NCBI RefSeq assembly: GCF_006345805.1 | Contig: NW_021833512.1 | Location: forward strand, 1 to 28,540 | DNA: 28,540 nt | Reading direction: 5' to 3' | Source: Octopus sinensis | Taxonomy: Eukaryota | In this document: positions 22,208 through 28,540 of the stretch, one piece after another | Layout: every line of letters begins with the position of its first letter | Position numbering within the stretch: the stretch's first letter is position 1 | The notes under the pieces: generated by a model | Database searches by the model: none | Told to the model about the DNA's origin: nothing | Seen by the model: only the letters and a program-made list of their open reading frames with translations | Program-made: the position numbers and the translations under genes

Positions 22208-23040
22208 AATTTAAAATATCTTTGATATAACGTCCAGGTTTCAGAAGAATACAACAGGCATAGTAAGACATGATTTGTAAAGAGCCAATTTTGTGTTGTT
22301 CTTTATATGTCGTTGGCGCCAAATGCGTGACTCGAACCCACCAAATATTTGTGTTGCCCTTTGAATTTGCAGATGTATTTCTGTGTCCAGATTTCCTCAT
22401 TTTGTACAGGGCTTCCAAATAAATGAAAGAGTCCACAACTTCAAGTAACTTACCTATTTCTTTACTACCCACAAGGGGCTAAACATAGAGGGGACAAACA
22501 AGGATAGACAAACGGATTAAGTCGATTACATCGACCCCAGTGCGTAACTGGTACTTAACTTATCGACCCCGAAAGGATGAAAGGCAAAGTCGACCTCGGC
22601 GGAATTTCAACTCAAAACGTAGCGGACAACGAAATACTGCTAAGCATTTCGCCCGGCGTGCTAACCTTTCTGCCAGCTCGCCGCCCTAAGTAACTTACCT
22701 TTAACGAAAATATTAGCTGGGTTGCAAAAAGCACCAGGTGCAGGTAGATACATTACACCTGTTTTTTTTTTTCAAGTTGATGGTCACACCAAAATCCTCA
22801 CAAGCTGAATCAAATGCAGATACATGTTATTGCAGACCTGTTTCAGAATGACTGACTAAATCGCAATCGTCAGCGTATAAGAGTCCCCTTATGAGTCAAG
22901 TAAAAACCTTTGTTTTGAATTTCAGTCTACTCAGATTAAAAACATTCTCAGTTGTTCGATATTCTACGTAAATCCCTTATATTGCAAAGAGGGTAGTTGC
23001 ATCAAGGTCTCCTTGCTTTACTCCATTATAAAATATTTTG
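22208..23040 (-). pseudogene. RTE-clade LINE, RT core (upstream part of the 16765-17400 element)
   Basis: Minus translation NGVKQG...NVFNLSRLKFKTKV...LLYADDCDLVSHSE (YADD at 22866-22877)...VVDSFIYL...IWRQRHIKNNTKL...SETWTLYQR, which joins in register to HLKFLERFH at 17400. Confidence 0.85.
22456..22687 (-). mobile_element. SINE family A (tail 1), full length, 13-bp TSD, inserted in the RTE
   Basis: aagtaacttacct occurs at 22443-22455 and 22688-22700. The empty site (agtaacttacctttaacg) is visible in the paralogous RTE segment near 24283-24300. Confidence 0.93.
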
Positions 23041-24040
23041 TTGAGAAAAATATAAGATTAAACGAAGCTCATTTGTGTTTTGCAAAGCTGTTTTCTAACT
23101 CGGCACAGTTGATTGCGAGATTCATGGTTTCGATTTCCAAACCAGCTGTGCATTTTATTCTTGAGCAAAACTTTATTTCACGTTTCTGTAATTCTCTCTG
23201 TTGTAAAAGGGTAACCTTACGATGGATTGGTGTACATGACCGAGACGTTGACTCACGTAAATCACCCGAACGGATGTTTCGCGAGCAGCGTTTTGGATTC
23301 ATTGATTAAAACAATGAGTACTTCAACCAAATGGTAGGAGGTGGTTGTACAACCACGTCAAAGTTAAAAAATGAATGGAGTTGTGTCTTTTGAAATGCTC
23401 TCAAAAGCTAATTTTCTTACCTACATTTTTCCATTCTCTTCATTTGCAATTCAATACGTTGAAGCTGCATATTATTTCCAATGTGGCATGACACAATTTT
23501 TATTTAGGCATCTGCCTTGGAAAGGAAACACCCTGACCTAATAGCTGTGACATGGTTTACATCCAATGACGCAGACTAGATCATATTGGGCAAACGCATA
23601 GGGTACTTTGTGAAAGGAATTGTGCCTGTGCAAGGTTTTCCTCACCTTAAAAAGATTTAAGCACAAGCAAGTCCATTTGACGCCTTGAAGATTATGTTTA
23701 TTTAAGCGTAGGCTAGTTATCCCTAAAAGAAAATCAGGAGTGAACCCCTGCAGGCAGTATGACGGTTATGTCACATTCTTGCAGCCCCTGTATCCGGCAC
23801 TTCCCTGTCTTGCCACTGGGGCAGAGAGAGAGAGTGAGGGTAGATATTGCGTAATTCTACCTCACCGTAAAAATCTTGTGCAAGTCAGTTCGGCTTTACA
23901 CATTTGACAGTTATTGGCCTAATAAGCCACCCGAGGAACCGCAACGAATAGGGTTGCTAATCTAGTCATCTTCAGAGTTCTGAAAGGCAACTTTGTGGTT
24001 TTGGATAGCATGGTTTCTCTACCTTACACATAAAGAAAAA
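23041..24040 (-). other. Unassigned complex sequence; possibly the decayed APE endonuclease and 5' UTR of the same RTE
   Basis: Only weak resemblance: MNPKR...GDLR...CTPIHRKV versus the RTE APE end MHPRSK...DLRDV...CWTDHRLV. Confidence 0.25.
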
Positions 24041-24043
24041 ATA

Positions 24044-24393
24044 GTCGTTGCCAGTACTGCCTGACTGGCCCTCGTGTCGGTGGCACGTAAAAGCACCCAC
24101 TACACTCTCGGAGTGGTTGGCGTTAGGAAGGGCATCCAACTGTAGAAACTCTGCCAGATCAGATTGGAGTCTGGTGCAGCCATCTGGTTATATGTAGTTG
24201 AATTCGCAGATGTATTTCTGTGTCCAGATTTCATCATTTTGTACAGAGCTTCCAAAGTAAAGGAAAGAGTCTACAACCTCTAGTAACTTACCTTTAACGA
24301 AAATATTAGCGGGGTTGCAAAAAGCACTAGGTGCAGGTCAAATCGTCAGTCAAATCGTCCAACCCATGCTAGCATGGAAAGCGGACGTTAATC

Positions 24394-24430
<37 letters not shown>
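24044..24430 (+). mobile_element. RTE-tailed SINE-like element (family E) ending in (GAT)n, interrupted by an RTE fragment
   Basis: gtggttggcgttaggaagggcatccaactgtagaaac...aacccatgctagcatggaaagcggacgttaatc(gat)n is typical of RTE-type 3' tails with a short-repeat end. Insert at 24199-24338. Confidence 0.6.
24199..24338 (-). repeat. About 140-bp paralog of RTE segment 22362-22745, lacking the SINE A insertion
   Basis: About 10 differences in 140 nt by eye; contains the unduplicated target site. Confidence 0.9.
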
Positions 24431-24432
<2 letters not shown>

Positions 24433-24984
24433 CTACACCTGGCTGGAATAATTTTATTAACGGTCCGCTCGATCAGGCTGAGTTGCTGTTAACAATATTG
24501 ACAACAACAATAGTGACAACTACAACAATAACAACAACCACGACAATTTCTATAGGGAGGAAGAGCTGGTTGGTGCCCCAACTGATAGAGGACTGCGAAC
24601 TACAATAACAGCCACGAAACAATCGCTGTTACTCAACCTCCCGCAACAACCGCAGTTGTAACAGCGGCGATAATCGTGACGTTGGCAACCACGTGATCAT
24701 GTAACCACCATGGCAGTATGAACAAAACTAGAAGACAAACAACGACATCGATGTCAACAACAACAACGACAACAGCGATAACAACTGCCACATATTGATA
24801 ACACGCATATACACACATATACACATATACACACAAACACAGACACACTCATAAACACACACACATATGTACACTTATACATTAAAATCGAAATGAAAAT
24901 GATGTCCGTGTGATTGTTGGTGGAAGTTAATCCGTTAAGATCCTCCTTTGGTGAAGGACGTTTGGGGGATTATAATAGAGAGAG

Positions 24985-26140
24985 GGGGGAGAAAGAAAGA
25001 AAGAAAGAAAGAAAGGGAAGTAGGAAGGAAGGAAGGAAGGAAGGAGGGAAGAATGATAAGTGTACGCGTGGATGTGTGTGTATGCGATAGAAAGAGGGTT
25101 AGAGTACAGAGAATGAATGAGATAGAGTGAGAGAATGATAGAAAGAAAGAGGGGAGAGAGAAAAAAGAGAGAGGGGAGAGAAAGAAGAAGAAAGAGAGAA
25201 GAGAGAGAGGAAGAAAGAGAAGGAGAGAGAAAGAGAGGCCGACGGACAGACGGACAGGCATACAGAAAAAAAGAAAAAAAGAAAGAAAGAAGGAAGGAAA
25301 GAAAGAGTATAGTAGAAAGGTTGGAGAATGAATGAGAGTTTGAGAGAAAGAGATAAAGAGAGGGAGAGAGAGAGAGAGATGTGTGAGATGAAGTGAGAGT
25401 GAGCAGGAGAGTCGAGTGTAAAGGAGATTTCTTCGTGGGTTTTTCTAATCCTTGTTGTAAGCGATCTCTATTGATTCCCAAGCAGACAATGGCGAGGGAA
25501 CTCTTAGTAAAAAGACCACAGCCCGACGTCGACGGCCACGACAACAACAACAACAACAACAGCAAAAACAGCGACGACGACGGAGTCCTTTCTTATGGTT
25601 TTTATCGATGACCCAAGATGATAATTCGTAAAAATGAGGACGAAGAGGGGAAGAAGGACGGAACAGTGAAAGAAATTTTGAATGAGTGTATGTATGTATG
25701 TGTGTGTGTATGTGTGTATGTATGTATGTGTGTATGTGTGTATGTATGTGTGTGTGTATGTGTGTATGTATGTGTGTATGTATGTATGTGTGTATGTGTG
25801 TATGTATGTGTGTGTGTATGTATGTGTGTGTATGTATGCGTGCGTGTATGTGTATACATTTATGTATGTATATGTATGTGTGTATGTATGTACGTATGGT
25901 GTATGTATGTATGTATGTATGCATGTATGTATGTATGCGTGTATGTATATATATGTATGTATGTATGCATGTTTGTATGTATGTATGTATGTATGCATGT
26001 ATGTATGTACGAACGTACGTACGTATGTATGTATGTATGTATGTATGTATGTATGTATGTATGTATGTATGTATGCATGTATGTATATATGGACCATGTG
26101 TGTATGTGGCCATATGTGTATGTATGTGTGTGTGAATGTG
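24985..26140. repeat. Purine-rich (GA/GAAA/GGAA)n block (about 24985-25390) and (GTAT/GT)n block (about 25685-26140)
   Basis: Directly visible; source of the 190-220 aa YIHT and CMYV ORFs. Confidence 0.95.
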
Positions 26141-26354
26141 CGTGTGTCTGGTGGTTTAAGAAGAGGAGGAGAGAGTCAGAGAGAAGAAAAGGAAGAGGAT
26201 GTGATAGAGAGACAGACAGACAATAAAATGGAAGGATGTACTACATTTTCAGTCCATTAAACTCAGACATTCAATATGGTGGAGGAAACCTACTAATATC
26301 TCTATTAACACCACCACATCACCACCACCATCACCACTACTGCTGCTGCTGCTG

Positions 26355-26401
<47 letters not shown>

Positions 26402-26459
26402 GCTACTACTACTACTACTGCTACTAGTACAGCTTTTAATGCACTTAGAAATTATTATT

Positions 26460-26872
26460 ATAGAAATAAGTTGCCGGACAAAAGGCTTAACGGCATTTCG
26501 TCCGTCTTTACTTTCTGAGTTCGAATTCCACCAAGGTCGACTTTGCCTTTCATCCTTTCGTGATCGATAAATGAAGTACCTGCGAAACACTGAAGTCGCT
26601 GTAATCAACTAGTCTTTCTCATAAAATTTCTGGTTTTGAAATCAATATTCAAGTAATTTAAGGTTGTGAGGTAGCAGAATTGTTAACACGCCGGACAAAA
26701 TGCTGAGCGACCTTTTGTCCGTCTTAATGTTCTGAGTTACAATTCCACCGAAATCGACTTTGCCTGCTATCCTTTCAAGGTCGATAAAATGAGTACCAGG
26801 TGAAAACTGGAGTCACTGTAAACAACTTAGCCCTTCCTAGAAACCTGCTGGCCTCGTGCCAAAGTTTGAAAC
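26460..26872 (+). mobile_element. Two old tandem SINE A copies (tail 2)
   Basis: Diverged gccggacaaaatgct...ctgagttc(g)aattccacc...gactttgcct...gtcgataaa...agtacc motifs at about 26460-26645 and 26665-26872. Confidence 0.75.
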
Positions 26873-27485
26873 CTATATTTATCTATTTATTGTCCACAGG
26901 GAGTGGGGCTAAACACAGAGAGGACAAACAAGGATAGACAAAGGGTTTAAGTCGATTAGATCGACCCCAGTGCGTAACCGGTACTTATTTAATCGACCTC
27001 GAAAGGATGAAAGGCAAAGCCAACCTCGGCAGAATTTGAACTCAGAACGTAACGTCAGACGAAATACCTATTTCTTTACTACCCACAAGGGGCTAAACAC
27101 AGAGAGGACAAACAAGGACAGACAAACGGATTAAGTCGATTATATCGACCCCAGTGCGTAACTGGTACTTAATTTATCGACCCCGAAAGGATGAAAGGCA
27201 AAGTCGACCTCGGCGGAATTTGAACTCAGAACGTAACGGCAGACGAAATACCTATTTCTTTACTACCCACAAGGGGCTAAACACAGAGAGGACAAACAAG
27301 GACAGACAAACGGATTAAGTCGATTATATCGACCCCAGTGCGTAACTGGTACTTAATTTATCGACCCCGAAAGGATGAAAGGCAAAGTCGACCTCGGCGG
27401 AATTTGAACTCAGAACGTAACGGCAGACGAAATACCGCTAAGCATTTCGGCTGGCGTGCTAACGTTTCTGCCAGCTCACCACCCT
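26873..27485 (-). mobile_element. SINE A trimer: one head (27439-27485) plus three tandem 184-bp bodies
   Basis: Units start at 27071 and 27255 (apparently identical), with a more diverged unit at about 26880-27070. Imperfect TSD gtttgaaac(ct/aa)atatt at 26864 and 27486. Confidence 0.9.
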
Positions 27486-27519
27486 GTTTGAAACAAATAT
27501 TAAAACAAAAAGACTATGT

Positions 27520-27725
27520 TAGCGCATCGGATAAAAGGCTCAAGGGCATTTCATCCGTCCTTACGTTCTGTGTTCAAATTCCTCTGATGGCGACTCGACC
27601 TGCCAACCTTTCGGGGTCGTTAAAATACGTAGCAGCCGAGCACTGGATTGATGTAATCGACTAGGAACTACCCCGAATATTTCAGGCTTTGTGATTATAG
27701 TAGAATATTTAGAATTGTTAGCGAT
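27520..27725 (+). mobile_element. Old SINE A copy (tail 2)
   Basis: ggcatttcatccgtccttacgttctgtgttcaaattcc...cctttcggggtcg...gagcactggattgatgtaatcgact. Confidence 0.65.
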
Positions 27726-28029
27726 CCGGACAAACATCTAAACTTCATTTTTTCCGGCTGTTTGCGCACCATTTGAACAGTGAGGCCCAATGTAATCGAA
27801 GTAAATCCTCCCTCAAAATTGCTGAAATATATGTGTGTGTGTGTGCATGTGTGTGTGTGTGTGCATGTGTGTGTGTGTGTATGTGTGTTTGTGTGTGTGT
27901 GTATACTTTTATTCTTTTAATTGTTTCAGTCATTATATTGCGGCCATGCTTGGACACCGCTTTATACATACATATATATATATAATATATAGATATATAT
28001 ATTATATATAATATATATATATATATAAT

Positions 28030-28060
<31 letters not shown>

Positions 28061-28067
28061 CATATAT

Positions 28068-28102
<35 letters not shown>

Positions 28103-28145
28103 CATACATTTATATATATATACATATATAGATATGTATATATAT

Positions 28146-28270
28146 ATCACCGTGATCACCGTGACCGACTAGGCTATCAGATGTTGCTACACATCGCTGG
28201 TCACAATGCGCTTCGCACTGTTTTAGCCTTCAAATGACGCCACCCCACTGGCTAAGCGAGCAGGCCACTA
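28146..28270 (-). mobile_element. Probable isolated retroposon 3' tail between (TA)n tracts
   Basis: GC-rich island whose minus-strand end has short tandem repeats (cggtcacggtgatcacggtgat). No homolog in the window, so the family is not established. Confidence 0.35.
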
Positions 28271-28540
28271 TATATATATATATATATATATATACCCACA
28301 CACACACCCATTATGCTAAAAGTAAACACACACACACACACACAGATTCTATTTCACTTCCATTATTTATTTGTCAATTGGTTAACTGTTAAAGCAAATA
28401 GGAAATGGTGTGTGGATTGTTTGATTAATCGTTCTGTCAACCAATTAGTCATGTTTGTCAAAATTCTTTCGTCGTCATTCTTGACCCCACCGATGACAAC
28501 CGTCTCTACTTCAAGTTGCTTCGTATTTCATCAATGTTTA

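Noticed and set aside
24430-24780. AAC-rich island resembling a low-complexity exon
   Set aside because: Open frames are under 60 codons, and the frame downstream of the best acceptor hits an immediate stop.
25393-25690. Two in-frame ORFs separated by a single TGA (possible readthrough or selenocysteine)
   Set aside because: Low-complexity N/D/Q-rich sequence running into a microsatellite; no Cys/Sec motif or SECIS identified.
25445-26260. Several overlapping 150-220 aa ORFs
   Set aside because: Products of the (GTAT)/(GT) microsatellite, which lacks stops in several frames.
26873-27485. Regular 184-bp repeats suggesting a CRISPR-like array
   Set aside because: Contiguous SINE bodies with no unique spacers and no cas genes, in a eukaryotic context.

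Overview
AT-rich, microsatellite-dense eukaryotic DNA, almost certainly animal. The repeat composition looks like an octopus/cephalopod genome (inferred from pattern, not from a database search). No confident host protein-coding gene is present; most long ORFs in the track are translated microsatellites. The window is dominated by retroelements. It holds at least four tRNA-like or RTE-tailed SINE families, a near full-length R4/Dong-type RLE retrotransposon (17664-21190) embedded in (AAT)n, an old RTE LINE split by a 4.8-kb nested insertion stack, older Dong and RTE remnants, a decayed mariner transposase and a Helitron-type 3' terminus. Three observations stand out. (1) Two unrelated Penelope-type termini carry minimal type I hammerhead ribozyme folds in inverted arrangements; one appears attached to a tRNA-derived head, suggesting a hammerhead-bearing, Penelope-mobilised SINE. 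(2) A young SINE family has TSD-defined insertions that repeatedly use a GGTA site; the same motif occurs inside the SINE, and the family forms one-head, multi-body tandem arrays. (3) The Dong ORF is broken mainly by single-base indels in homopolymer runs. All coordinates and alignments were made by eye.
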